Assembly: GCF_964355755.1 (NCBI RefSeq)
Contig: NC_092679.1
Coordinates: 14,801,432-14,865,431 of the forward strand
Direction of reading: 5' to 3'
Length of the DNA stretch: 64,000 nt
From: Antedon mediterranea
Lineage: Eukaryota > Animalia > Echinodermata
This document shows positions 55,001 through 59,784 of this stretch, one piece after another; within the stretch, counting starts at the first letter, position 1; each line of letters starts with the position of its first letter. Position numbers and translations under genes: made by a program. The notes beneath the pieces are model-generated. The model was not told the DNA's origin and ran no database searches. It was given only the letters and a program-made list of their open reading frames with translations.

Positions 55001-58000
55001 AACAAACAATAGGATATAAGATAGAAAGAAAACAATATCAGAAAATAACAGAATAGTTTCCTACCAAGCACTTCTGTAGTTTATCCTGAACTGATTCAAT
55101 TGTGTGTGAAAAGGGCTCTTTGAATTCTTCAGACAATTCCTTCAACTCCTCAAGCATCTCTTCACACTTAGCAATCTGACTCTCATAGGCTTGCCTCTGC
55201 TTAATCATAGTCTGTAACCTTTGTACTCGGTCATCGGCTTCTGACACAATACTACAAAATACCAATTTGGTTTAATGTACTTACACATGGTTTATTGTGC
55301 ACCTGTTTCGCAACAGCAACAGCAAATATTATTATACATTATTGGAAATAATATATTGCAGATAATACCTTTCATAGCTTTCTTGAAGTCTTGTCACTTT
55401 ATTGGTTAAAATTTCCTGTGAGACTTCATCTATTTGTTCTTGCATTTTTCCAGCAGTGTCCAGCATTGAAGACACATTTTTCTTTTCTGCTACTGCATCA
55501 GCACAAACAGTCTAAAATGAAAACAAACAATATTTTAGAGTACCAACTAAAACAAACAAATTCAGAAAATAACAATTAAAAATGGGCTTAACTTCAAGTA
55601 TAACATTACTTCATAGCTCTGGTTCAGGCAAGGTATAAACTTTATATATTCATGTATTTTAAATTATTAGCCATACTGAATCTTACCTCAGCTTGGGCCA
55701 ATTGTAGTTGTATATCCTCAAGAGGGCATTTTAGGTTAATCTCCTTGGAAACTAAAGGCTCGTTGACAGCTAACCAATCAGAGAGTTTATTTGAATATTG
55801 TTCAAATGATTTGCAGTTTGACAAATGAGATCCCAGTACTGATAACTTGTTGGCTACAGTCCCTTGGTATGCCTCACATTTTGCTCTCAACTCTAAATAA
55901 CGTAAATATAATTGGATTAAATGTTAATTTTCTTGAACAGAAAAGTATATTCAATTCCAATGAGGACTATCTATCATATCTTTGTATGCACATATACCAT
56001 AGAGTACTTGTTCTGCCCAGCCACAAATACAGATTTTAATGGCAGTCATTTATTGGACAATAAACGAATAATGTATTGTTTTATTACACCAGCTCAAAGA
56101 TCGTGGATTTGATTCAAGTATTACTTGCAAATACAGTCAACTCTCTAATACCACACACTTTTGGGCTGGCCTATATGTCTGGTTTTCTTGAAAATATGAT
56201 ATTTGGAATGTATTTTTATTGGTGAAATTAATTTGGGGAAAAGTCTGGTTTTGGGAGAGTTTTCATAGAGTTGACTGTATTCGCAAAGTGTTTTTAATGT
56301 ACTGAACATTCTATACAATCCAGTAGGGCAAACCATCTGACTTCCTTAGCTCTACGATGTAAAGCTAACTTTAATTATTATTTTACTTTCTTACCAATTA
56401 GTTTCTGTTGAAGTTGTTGTTTGTCAGCTTCATTGCAATCTTTGATTATACTACCACTAGCATTACACACATCAACCACATCTTTGAGAAGTTCTTTTAA
56501 ATTTTCATCAACAGCCTGAAAGATAAATGTAAACAAGAAACTTAATCAACAAATATGAAGAGAATTTGCAAAAGACTTTTTAAAGAATTATTAATAAATA
56601 AACACTTTTTTACACTCTCTCTTTCATTCACAATGTCAACATTTTTCCACTGCAGTTATTGTAGCATAACTACATTTTGTTTTCTGTTTTAATAAAAATT
56701 ATTTCGTATACCTTTTCTGCATATTCATCCAAATATTTATTTCAGTGACTGCTTCATAAACTTTGACATTGAAACAAACTATAACAAACTGTAAATAATT
56801 ACCTTCACTTCAAATATTTGCTTAATTATTTCATCAACCACTAATTTAGGGGGAAGCATGTCGTCAATAGATTTGGATTCCTCTTGAAGTTTCTGGTAAC
56901 ATTTGTTATACTTTTCCCAGAAATCCTGTAAATATTTGAGAAAAAAAATACAAAAACGATTTAATTATAATGATCAAACCTTACCAAAAACTACCCCGGG
57001 CTGGGAGATACTAGAATCTGAAGGGTGGCTGTAACAACTGCTACAGATAATTTGTGATTATTTTCAAATTTTTCAAAAACATAACAATATAAAAAACTTA
57101 CTTGTCTAGCATGTAAACAAGCATCAAGCTTTTCAGACTTCTTTGCGGCAAGTCGTTGAACCATATCCAAGTAACTGGAGATCTGTAAGATGTGCCGCTG
57201 TACGTTAACTTTCTCTCCTTCGCTGAGCCCCTTAACCATGTTGTCTCCTCTCTCTCTTAGACTTTGTATTAAGACACGTTTGCTTTCGATTTCATTGCAT
57301 ATGTCCTAAAACAAAAATTTAAAGAATAGGCAAAGTCTGCCTTAGATAAATCGGGCAGCAAGCTGCAATATTGAGATGGAAATGGAGAGTTAACAGGTCT
57401 TCACAGGCTTGAAACCTGCTTTCCATCTTGTTGTTAAATGCACTTTGATTTTAAAACACAATGGAAGATGATCAGTCTTCTAGTGTATCTAGTTATCCAT
57501 GTTACGTCTTATGCAGTTAAATAAAGAAGGAAGGACTAAAAAACTCCTTACCAAATACTAACAAGAGGGCTTATGATGTTTTTTTTAAAAATGTCTTCTC
57601 CCTACTGTTGTTTTAATATCCACACACATTACCTTATGTTTTTGAACAGCAGCTTGTACCTCAGGAACATCAGGACTGATGGTGTCAGGGCTAGCAACCT
57701 GCCGTTCAACATCTTTCAACCAGTTAAGGCATAGCTGAGCCTTCTCTATGAAACTCTTGTAGTCAATGAGCAGCACCTCAAGGGATGAAGTGTGTTCCTT
57801 GGCTTCCTCATCATGCCTTGTCCATTTACCATTCTCTGCTCTGTAACACATAATGGTCATACATAACAAACAATTTCACAGAATTTATGATTAAAGGGTT
57901 AGTTACTCTTTGTTTAAAATATAAAACACTGAAAAGAATACAGTAGTAATTATAAGAATCAAATATTATATGTCTTTGAACAATTTTGTGTAGCTTCAAA

Positions 58001-59784
58001 GTTTTATGGATCATAACATTTATTTTTTTGAATAAGCTATAGTAAGGCACTCCAATCTACAACCAGAGGAGGCGTATGATGTCAACAAAGTATGTCACGA
58101 CCAGTTGCTTGTCACCGAGCAGTCAGTTGATAAAGATCTCTGATAGAGATCAAAACATTTTACTATAGTTTATTCAAAAAAGAGATTTCATTATAATAGT
58201 CAGTCCTCACAAAATCCAATTATTTTGATAAATACATGTGGGGTGAAATTATTTATTTAAGCCTAATAAAACATTATAACTTCCTTATAGCACAAACTAA
58301 ATTATTAACAGCTTATTAAAACAAAACACAACTCCAACTTCCTCCTTGATATGTTGTTTAAAAAAATGAAATGTTCATTATCCATCACCCACGAAACAAG
58401 GCAAAATTAGGTGCATAAAAACATTGTCAATGTGCAATTGAGGCAGTGTTTCCACAGCCAAAAAAAAATTATCGGTTAAATTTTTAACCAATAAAGTGTG
58501 CATGATCGTTCATTACCAAACAACCAGATGCCCAATTACAACCCAACAATTTGTTCTTAAGGTCAAAGGTTAAAAATTATCGCATTTATCCGATAATTAT
58601 CCGATTTGAATGAGTGGATTCGGTCAAAGAATATATATCACAAGAATGAGTAATCCGCGGTTTTCCCTGTAACAGTAATATTGTCCATGTGGTAGGGCGC
58701 CGCCATAAGTGTGGATGTATCTGGGATGTATACAACTTTTTGTGAAGGTTTCACTAATCAAAGGCTGGACCACCGGAGTATTTTCCGATGATAAAATTGT
58801 TATCAACTACATGCCAACATCATGTTAAATACTATTTGGATATTTAATTGTTCGTTTTATGCAATTTATTTAGTAAAAACTGCCGTATAAACAGTTTGCT
58901 TTATCAACCGGGCGCTACGATAGCGTGACCGGGCGTGTTGGTGTTTACGCGTTTTCACGAAGGATAGTTTAATAATATTCCTATATTTAACTTGTTTCTG
59001 GTAAAACAAATAAATGTTAATGACATTTAACATTTTCTCCTATTAATAACATGTGTTTTATACTAATTTATATCATAAAAACAATACTTAATTTACCGGG
59101 CGTACAGTAGTACACGGCAATGGTAAAGAATAGGCCGTGCTGAGTAATATTCGTTGATATTTGGTGTTGCTGTGTTAGGCCTTTTTTGTGAACTAACTTA
59201 GCATGTTAGTAAATAATTGTCTGTAAAAGTGAATAAACACTAGTTTGTTAATAAATATGTATTATAAAATAGTTTACAATTGCAAAAACTATCATCATAA
59301 TTCTATTTAATGTGACATGTATCATGTCTATTAAATCAAGTCTTATTTAGTATGTATACATCCGCCCTTATGAGGGCGGGCATCACTCACTGGAGCTCTC
59401 TGTTACAAATTTCTCATGCAAAAATCGCGGAAAACTCATTCTTGTGATATATATTCTTTGATTCGGTTTAAACCCTGTTAACACTCAATTCAGGTGACAC
59501 CTCTATGAAAGGGACACTTTCCTGTTAAACGAACGATAGATGCAATATATGTTTTTTTTTCTGTGAAATGATATGTTGTAACAATGGCCAACTTCTATTC
59601 AGGTGACACTTTGCTGTATCCTAATGGTGTTCCCTTAGCCTTACTGTAGTCGTATCTGTACTTACTTGAGGTGTTCGTTAATGGCAGCAGCATCAAAAGG
59701 CCTCAATCTTGGTGATATCTCATTGGTGGACGACTCTAAGCTTACAAGGCTTGGAAGCTGTCTTGATATATCACTACCCAATTT
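749..59784 (-). CDS. SYNE1: Nesprin-1-like giant spectrin-repeat protein, partial multi-exon gene (60 exons traced; both ends outside window)
   Basis: Chain of GT-AG exons with compatible phases, mostly ~100-110 codons with spectrin-repeat Trp/heptad pattern. Peptides GYKIDLSAKQLTVDFVNQSVLQISQD..KRGDKTDFAEKLGSMNKRWQ, QMEMLPSRQALNELILWI and FEADIFNRQQILFSIVNDG closely resemble the C-terminal rod of vertebrate nesprin-1 (recalled, not searched). Confidence 0.88.
1820..2140 (-). CDS. SYNE1: exon e59 (321 nt, 0-0)
   Basis: TAG/GTAAAA; VTQKTVSLYE...LQKCK. Confidence 0.9.
2497..2823 (-). CDS. SYNE1: exon e58 (327 nt, 0-0)
   Basis: CAG/GTAATT; HFEADIFNRQQILFSIVNDG...LEDAK. Confidence 0.9.
3236..3538 (-). 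CDS. SYNE1: exon e57 (303 nt, 0-0)
   Basis: CAG/GTAAGT; SVMHDFTSHQ...LAVDIAGNYEDLLKQQKVYA. Confidence 0.9.
3952..4149 (-). CDS. SYNE1: exon e56 (198 nt, 0-0)
   Basis: CAG/GTAGGA; KIDNMKQSL...MDTLK. Confidence 0.88.
4373..4501 (-). CDS. SYNE1: exon e55 (129 nt, 0-0)
   Basis: TAG/GTAGGT; DLLTDLSNYQELKDLN...RRRMMEQ (below ORF-track cutoff). Confidence 0.85.
4880..5081 (-). CDS. SYNE1: exon e54 (202 nt, 2-0)
   Basis: TAG/GTAAGT; WKTIDEKIRDTLKQFEK...LKQCE. Confidence 0.88.
5211..5344 (-). CDS. SYNE1: exon e53 (134 nt, 0-2)
   Basis: CAG/GTAGAT; ELQKEFKNNRIHLNRL...DDVSR; phase matches e54. Confidence 0.87.
5401..5953. mobile_element. Non-autonomous DNA transposon (MITE), Kolobok-like
   Basis: TTAA|AGATGTATTGTCCCT ... 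AGGGACAACACATCT|TTAA: TIRs with 1 mismatch, TTAA flanks, AG..CT termini; related end at 62490-62508. Confidence 0.7.
6576..6729. mobile_element. Tc1/mariner(pogo)-type MITE, family A
   Basis: TA|CAGTAGA ... TCTACTG|TA with internal GGGACAC motifs; relatives at 30383, ~43500, ~59480, ~60983. Confidence 0.65.
6792..7100 (-). CDS. SYNE1: exon e52 (309 nt, 0-0)
   Basis: TAG/GTACCA; VMSALLEKK...QVYKLK. Confidence 0.88.
7233..7775. mobile_element. CpG-rich unclassified non-autonomous element with internal direct repeat and tRNA-like segment
   Basis: Two copies of CTCGAG(A/T)ACGATGATATTGACTGTGTAATTTTCG ~70 bp apart (7317-7442); minus-strand A box TGGCCCAGCGG and B box GAGTTCAAGATC at ~7486-7550; boundaries approximate. 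Confidence 0.5.
8005..8190. repeat. ~186-bp near-perfect inverted repeat (hairpin)
   Basis: GGTTAAATATAAGATTT...GAATATATATTTCCC (8026-8090) pairs with GGGAAATATATATTC...AAATCTTATATTTAACC (8106-8170); outer ACAGATATTG/CAATATCTGT. Confidence 0.9.
8550..8742 (-). CDS. SYNE1: exon e51 (193 nt, 2-0)
   Basis: CAG/GTAAAA; WQLLNAKIS...GNEMSVQQAVRDCE. Confidence 0.88.
9006..9145 (-). CDS. SYNE1: exon e50 (140 nt, 0-2)
   Basis: TAG/GTGAGT; GYKIDLSAKQLTVDFVNQSVLQISQDLDQKRGDKTDFAEKLGSMNK, the most nesprin-diagnostic peptide here. Confidence 0.92.
9439..9576 (-). CDS. SYNE1: exon e49 (138 nt, 0-0)
   Basis: CAG/GTAAGA; MEMLPSRQALNELILWIEALE...YKRYM. Confidence 0.9.
9993..10181 (-). CDS. SYNE1: exon e48 (189 nt, 0-0)
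   Basis: TAG/GTTTGA; EFRKEVENH...LQDQLHHLQ. Confidence 0.88.
10389..10715 (-). CDS. SYNE1: exon e47 (327 nt, 0-0)
   Basis: CAG/GTAAGT; AMKNILGERQ...LVDRFT. Confidence 0.9.
10954..11382 (-). CDS. SYNE1: exon e46 (429 nt, 0-0)
   Basis: CAG/GTACTT; EQYHKIIDDY...GIHKYQ. Confidence 0.9.
11479..11536. repeat. (ATTT)n microsatellite
   Basis: Imperfect TTTA tandem array. Confidence 0.85.
12127..12318 (-). CDS. SYNE1: exon e45 (192 nt, 0-0)
   Basis: CAG/GTAAAT; KLEEDLVEYEGKF...RKKMFQ. Confidence 0.88.
13201..13416. repeat. ~16-18-bp minisatellite (ATAAT(C/T)TGCATATATT)n
   Basis: Degenerate tandem array visible directly. Confidence 0.85.
13551..13670 (-). CDS. SYNE1: exon e44 (120 nt, 0-0)
   Basis: TAG/GTACAG; DEVNNFQMWLNDTKEM...LILNQ. 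Confidence 0.87.
16143..16355 (-). CDS. SYNE1: exon e43 (213 nt, 0-0)
   Basis: AAG/GTACCG; TIQNELQLFQ...YKDYQ. Confidence 0.85.
16356..16699. repeat. Tandem duplication (~170-bp unit x2) filling the e42-e43 intron
   Basis: CTTAA..AAAACAAGAATTCATGTTAT...GGATGCTTAAACTTGATT occurs at 16356-16530 and 16533-16698 with few differences. Confidence 0.92.
16718..16876 (-). CDS. SYNE1: exon e42 (159 nt, 0-0)
   Basis: AAG/GTGAGT; VDDKQTQLEQAFEFQGHYQEALETVSKWLD...DENS. Confidence 0.87.
16940..17190 (+). mobile_element. tRNA-derived SINE (degenerate)
   Basis: A box TGGCCAAGCGG (16950), B box GGTTCAAGGC (17004); body motif GGAGGTCCAGT..ACACAT..CTGGC shared with 23150-23240. Confidence 0.65.
17990..18210 (-). 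mobile_element. tRNA-derived SINE, same family, inverted
   Basis: Minus strand begins GAGCGGTTGAGGCAGGAGTACCG (cf. AAGCGGTTGGGGCAGGGGCGCCG at 16955); AGTCTTCTCG shared with the 23150 fragment. Confidence 0.55.
18300..18428 (-). CDS. SYNE1: exon e41 (129 nt, 0-0)
   Basis: CAG/GTAAGT; DSIPSYRQSRRSVTYDQED...NQCWEKLQMQ. Confidence 0.85.
18800..19030. mobile_element. Degenerate MITE-like relic with opposed CAACTCG / CCGAGTT subterminal repeats
   Basis: TCAACTCG repeats on the left, CCGAGTT(A/G) repeats on the right; termini not resolved. Confidence 0.35.
20505..20620. repeat. Degenerate ~21-bp tandem repeat (GAGTTGCAACTACAACA..)
   Basis: About 5 imperfect units. Confidence 0.7.
21429..21653 (-). 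CDS. SYNE1: exon e40 (225 nt, 0-0)
   Basis: TAG/GTTTAT; KLEEELSAHQTLVKSIARKGQRRRHRLTS...YTRPQ. Confidence 0.88.
23150..23300 (+). mobile_element. SINE body fragment
   Basis: GACCAT..GTAGTAGAA..GGAGGTCCAGTTACACATTATCTGGC matches 17020-17090. Confidence 0.5.
24726..24890. mobile_element. Tc1/mariner-type MITE, family B (degenerate)
   Basis: CAGTCAACTCTCCCAATA ... TATTGGGAGAGCTG; same family as 56132-56279 and 34581-34740. Confidence 0.55.
26441..26915. mobile_element. PIF/Harbinger-type MITE interrupted by a nested insertion
   Basis: TTA|AGCTC... ...AGTGTAGACAGAGCT|TTA; family copies at 36046-36142 and 4740-4838. Confidence 0.65.
26468..26812. mobile_element. Helentron/DINE-like non-autonomous element nested in the MITE
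   Basis: Inserted in an A/T run with no TSD; subterminal IR TACTCGGGGTAC (26487) / GTACCCTGAGTA (26798); terminal hairpin ACTCGGGT-ACCCTGAGT; CpG-rich body. Confidence 0.55.
28940..30221. mobile_element. Non-autonomous hAT-like DNA transposon with 6-bp TSD (1,282 bp)
   Basis: TIR CAGGGCATCA/TGATGCCCTG; direct repeat AAGTGC at 28934-28939 and 30222-30227; repeated GAGGAGAGC / GCTCTCCT subterminal motifs; no transposase ORF. Confidence 0.82.
30383..30669. mobile_element. Tc1/mariner-type MITE family A carrying a 12-bp tandem expansion (TAATAGGGGTTC)n
   Basis: CAGTAGAA start and GGGACAC motifs as in the 6576 copy; ~7 units of the 12-mer at 30581-30668. Confidence 0.65.
31205..31249 (-). CDS. 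Candidate alternative first (or cassette) coding exon MTTPKRRKLLPSTNN
   Basis: CAAAG-ATG start, 15 codons, GTAAGT donor in phase 0 compatible with e40; in-frame TAG 6 codons upstream. Confidence 0.55.
31660..31830 (-). promoter_or_regulatory. Candidate internal promoter upstream of the 31205 exon
   Basis: Cluster of ATGCAAAT octamer, TGAGGTCA, GGAGAATCCC and CCAAT (minus strand) motifs ~450-550 bp 5' of the ATG; motif-level evidence only. Confidence 0.35.
33554..33886 (-). CDS. SYNE1: exon e39 (333 nt, 0-0)
   Basis: TAG/GTAGGC; NRLLEVSRK...QAELQQ. Confidence 0.88.
34581..34740. mobile_element. Tc1/mariner-type MITE family B (degenerate)
   Basis: ACTCTCCCAATACCAGA..CTCTGAAA ... GGAGAGCTGA, as at 24726. 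Confidence 0.5.
34775..34848 (+). pseudogene. Degenerate tRNA-like sequence (tRNA pseudogene or SINE head)
   Basis: A-box-like AGTGGTCTAATGATTAGGAC, CTGC..GCAG anticodon-like stem, degenerate B box GTTCTGAATC; no proper acceptor stem. Confidence 0.5.
36046..36142. mobile_element. PIF/Harbinger (Tourist-like) MITE, 97 bp
   Basis: Perfect TIR AGCTCTGTCTACACTA/TAGTGTAGACAGAGCT flanked by TAA on both sides. Confidence 0.82.
36163..36345 (-). CDS. SYNE1: exon e38 (183 nt, 0-0)
   Basis: TAG/GTAAGA; TRHQEHEENV...EEIIKNQ. Confidence 0.87.
36686..36868 (-). CDS. SYNE1: exon e37 (183 nt, 0-0)
   Basis: TAG/GTAACA; ILLDELEDIKK...CYDAE. Confidence 0.87.
37326..37484 (-). CDS. SYNE1: exon e36 (159 nt, 0-0)
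   Basis: TAG/GTGAGT; MQEKQRQLK...IEHVK. Confidence 0.88.
37701..39449 (-). CDS. SYNE1: exon e35, giant exon (1,749 nt, 583 codons, 0-0), mostly Ser/Pro/Glu-rich disordered insert
   Basis: TAG/GTAAGA; long uninterrupted ORF in AT-rich DNA; helical spectrin-like ends ALSSELQSFE.. and ..VEDLNKSWIHLQNK. Confidence 0.88.
39941..40066 (-). CDS. SYNE1: exon e34 (126 nt, 0-0)
   Basis: CAG/GTAAGT; DSFVAHLDQL...QLSQHD. Confidence 0.87.
40558..40743 (-). CDS. SYNE1: exon e33 (186 nt, 0-0)
   Basis: AAG/GTAAAT; VVVIEMAELKEK...SSIQHQ. Confidence 0.83.
40844..41152 (-). CDS. SYNE1: exon e32 (309 nt, 0-0)
   Basis: TAG/GTGAAT; DVVATSPAIHK...QLENTQ. Confidence 0.88.
42205..42531 (-). CDS. SYNE1: exon e31 (327 nt, 0-0; partial module 4)
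   Basis: AAG/GTAACC; GIHHDILSL...QLYVHK. Confidence 0.86.
43712..44020 (-). CDS. SYNE1: exon e30 (309 nt, 0-0; partial module 4)
   Basis: TAG/GTAGTG; EIQEGLSKK...GIVAQE. Confidence 0.87.
44555..44741 (-). CDS. SYNE1: exon e29 (187 nt, 2-0; partial module 4)
   Basis: AAG/GTAAAT; LQKSASEKQ...KIEHSK. Confidence 0.83.
45025..45170 (-). CDS. SYNE1: exon e28 (146 nt, 0-2; partial module 4)
   Basis: TAG/GTAAAG; LANEKLFTGEPKL...LQDTYY. Confidence 0.85.
45393..45719 (-). CDS. SYNE1: exon e27 (327 nt; module 3)
   Basis: TAG/GTAAGT; TIAEDLQALQP...ELDNAT. Confidence 0.88.
46099..46419 (-). CDS. SYNE1: exon e26 (321 nt; module 3)
   Basis: CAG/GTATAA; EFFDEAPEY...ENQLLNQ. Confidence 0.88.
46736..47059 (-). 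CDS. SYNE1: exon e25 (324 nt; module 3)
   Basis: TAG/GTATGT; SELPDVEKM...GIDYDNIKEQMHQHQ. Confidence 0.88.
47358..47684 (-). CDS. SYNE1: exon e24 (327 nt; module 3)
   Basis: TAG/GTAAAT; EFKDILKEL...PIGLDVHQAEELLQIHQ. Confidence 0.88.
47843..48148 (-). CDS. SYNE1: exon e23 (306 nt; module 3)
   Basis: TAG/GTTAGT; VLKAQLALQLP..GQIDHA..LNKSQ. Confidence 0.88.
48269..48455 (-). CDS. SYNE1: exon e22 (187 nt, 2-0; module 3)
   Basis: CAG/GTAAGT; ISDATKEQV...LKECR. Confidence 0.88.
48618..48763 (-). CDS. SYNE1: exon e21 (146 nt, 0-2; module 3)
   Basis: CAG/GTAATT; VASEILTEGQGKL...CEKYQ. Confidence 0.87.
49053..49379 (-). CDS. SYNE1: exon e20 (327 nt; module 2)
   Basis: CAG/GTTGGT; SIEKEVWLQ...QLSNAQ. 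Confidence 0.88.
49489..49809 (-). CDS. SYNE1: exon e19 (321 nt; module 2)
   Basis: CAG/GTATTC; NAFDDETSF...ENMLLNK. Confidence 0.88.
49930..50253 (-). CDS. SYNE1: exon e18 (324 nt; module 2)
   Basis: CAG/GTATGT; NKLPEIQEQ...GIDFPNIDTQIKTHK. Confidence 0.88.
50375..50701 (-). CDS. SYNE1: exon e17 (327 nt; module 2)
   Basis: CAG/GTAGAG; ALMSELQNK...SLEEHK. Confidence 0.88.
50802..51107 (-). CDS. SYNE1: exon e16 (306 nt; module 2)
   Basis: TAG/GTAGGT; DLKDRVGAYKP..GQIDHA..LEDCN. Confidence 0.88.
51489..51675 (-). CDS. SYNE1: exon e15 (187 nt, 2-0; module 2)
   Basis: AAG acceptor (placed by size homology), GTGCGT donor; MLDVTEKQM...LNQHQ. Confidence 0.82.
51902..52047 (-). CDS. SYNE1: exon e14 (146 nt, 0-2; module 2)
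   Basis: TAG/GTACTA; AANMKLEEGK...EEATQ. Confidence 0.86.
52288..52614 (-). CDS. SYNE1: exon e13 (327 nt; module 1)
   Basis: TAG/GTAAAC; ELCDQIQVV...QLQNSK. Confidence 0.88.
52973..53293 (-). CDS. SYNE1: exon e12 (321 nt; module 1)
   Basis: TAG/GTATTT; DFFKKEPDF...ENQLLNK. Confidence 0.88.
53585..53908 (-). CDS. SYNE1: exon e11 (324 nt; module 1)
   Basis: TAG/GTATTT; AKLPGLEAEL...GTDFGDLDNQIQNHE. Confidence 0.88.
54018..54344 (-). CDS. SYNE1: exon e10 (327 nt; module 1)
   Basis: TAG/GTAACT; SLLSELNSK...PMGLAMDVAEDTLRKSK. Confidence 0.88.
54450..54558. repeat. 12-bp degenerate tandem repeat (CACT(T/C)ATTGTCA)n
   Basis: About 8 imperfect units in the e9-e10 intron. Confidence 0.75.
54588..54893 (-). 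CDS. SYNE1: exon e9 (306 nt; module 1)
   Basis: CAG/GTAAGT; NVRAKLTASQP..GQVDY..LEKCM. Confidence 0.88.
55065..55251 (-). CDS. SYNE1: exon e8 (187 nt, 2-0; module 1)
   Basis: TAG/GTAGGA; IVSEADDRV...LQKCL. Confidence 0.88.
55369..55511 (-). CDS. SYNE1: exon e7 (143 nt, 0-2; module 1)
   Basis: TAG/GTATTA; TVCADAVAEKK...LQESYE. Confidence 0.85.
55687..55892 (-). CDS. SYNE1: exon e6 (206 nt, 1-0)
   Basis: TAG/GTAAGA; LRAKCEAYQ...QLAQAE. Confidence 0.86.
56132..56279. mobile_element. Tc1/mariner-type MITE family B
   Basis: TA|CAGTCAACTCT ... AGAGTTGACTG|TA, perfect 11-bp TIR. Confidence 0.78.
56395..56515 (-). CDS. SYNE1: exon e5 (121 nt, 0-1)
   Basis: CAG/GTAAGA; AVDENLKELL...LQQKLI; phase matches e6. 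Confidence 0.86.
56803..56925 (-). CDS. SYNE1: exon e4 (123 nt, 0-0)
   Basis: CAG/GTAATT; DFWEKYNKC...QIFEVK. Confidence 0.84.
57102..57305 (-). CDS. SYNE1: exon e3 (204 nt, 0-0)
   Basis: TAG/GTAAGT; DICNEIESKR...CLHARQ. Confidence 0.88.
57633..57840 (-). CDS. SYNE1: exon e2 (208 nt, 2-0)
   Basis: CAG/GTAATG; AENGKWTRH...AVQKHK. Confidence 0.87.
58625..59460. mobile_element. Non-autonomous P-element-like DNA transposon (836 bp)
   Basis: Perfect 27-bp TIR CAAAGAATATATATCACAAGAATGAGT; 7-bp TSD ATTCGGT (58618-58624 and 59461-59467); CA..TG termini. Confidence 0.85.
59666..59784 (-). CDS. SYNE1: exon e1, 5'-most rod exon in window (119 nt, 0-2)
   Basis: TAG/GTAAGT; KLGSDISRQLPSL...AINEHL; phase matches e2. 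Confidence 0.85.

Noticed and set aside
933-56112. Plus-strand ORFs overlapping exons (e.g. 33666-33905, 46776-47087, 54034-54447)
   Set aside because: Ser/Phe/Leu-rich antisense shadows of Glu/Lys-rich coding exons; no independent gene structure.
749-59784. Assignment as dystrophin, spectrin or spectraplakin (MACF1/dystonin)
   Set aside because: The KQLTVDFVNQSVLQ and LPSRxA..E...W peptides match nesprin as I recall it, and the repeat number exceeds dystrophin/spectrin. The KASH domain is not visible here, so a reciprocal BLAST is still needed.
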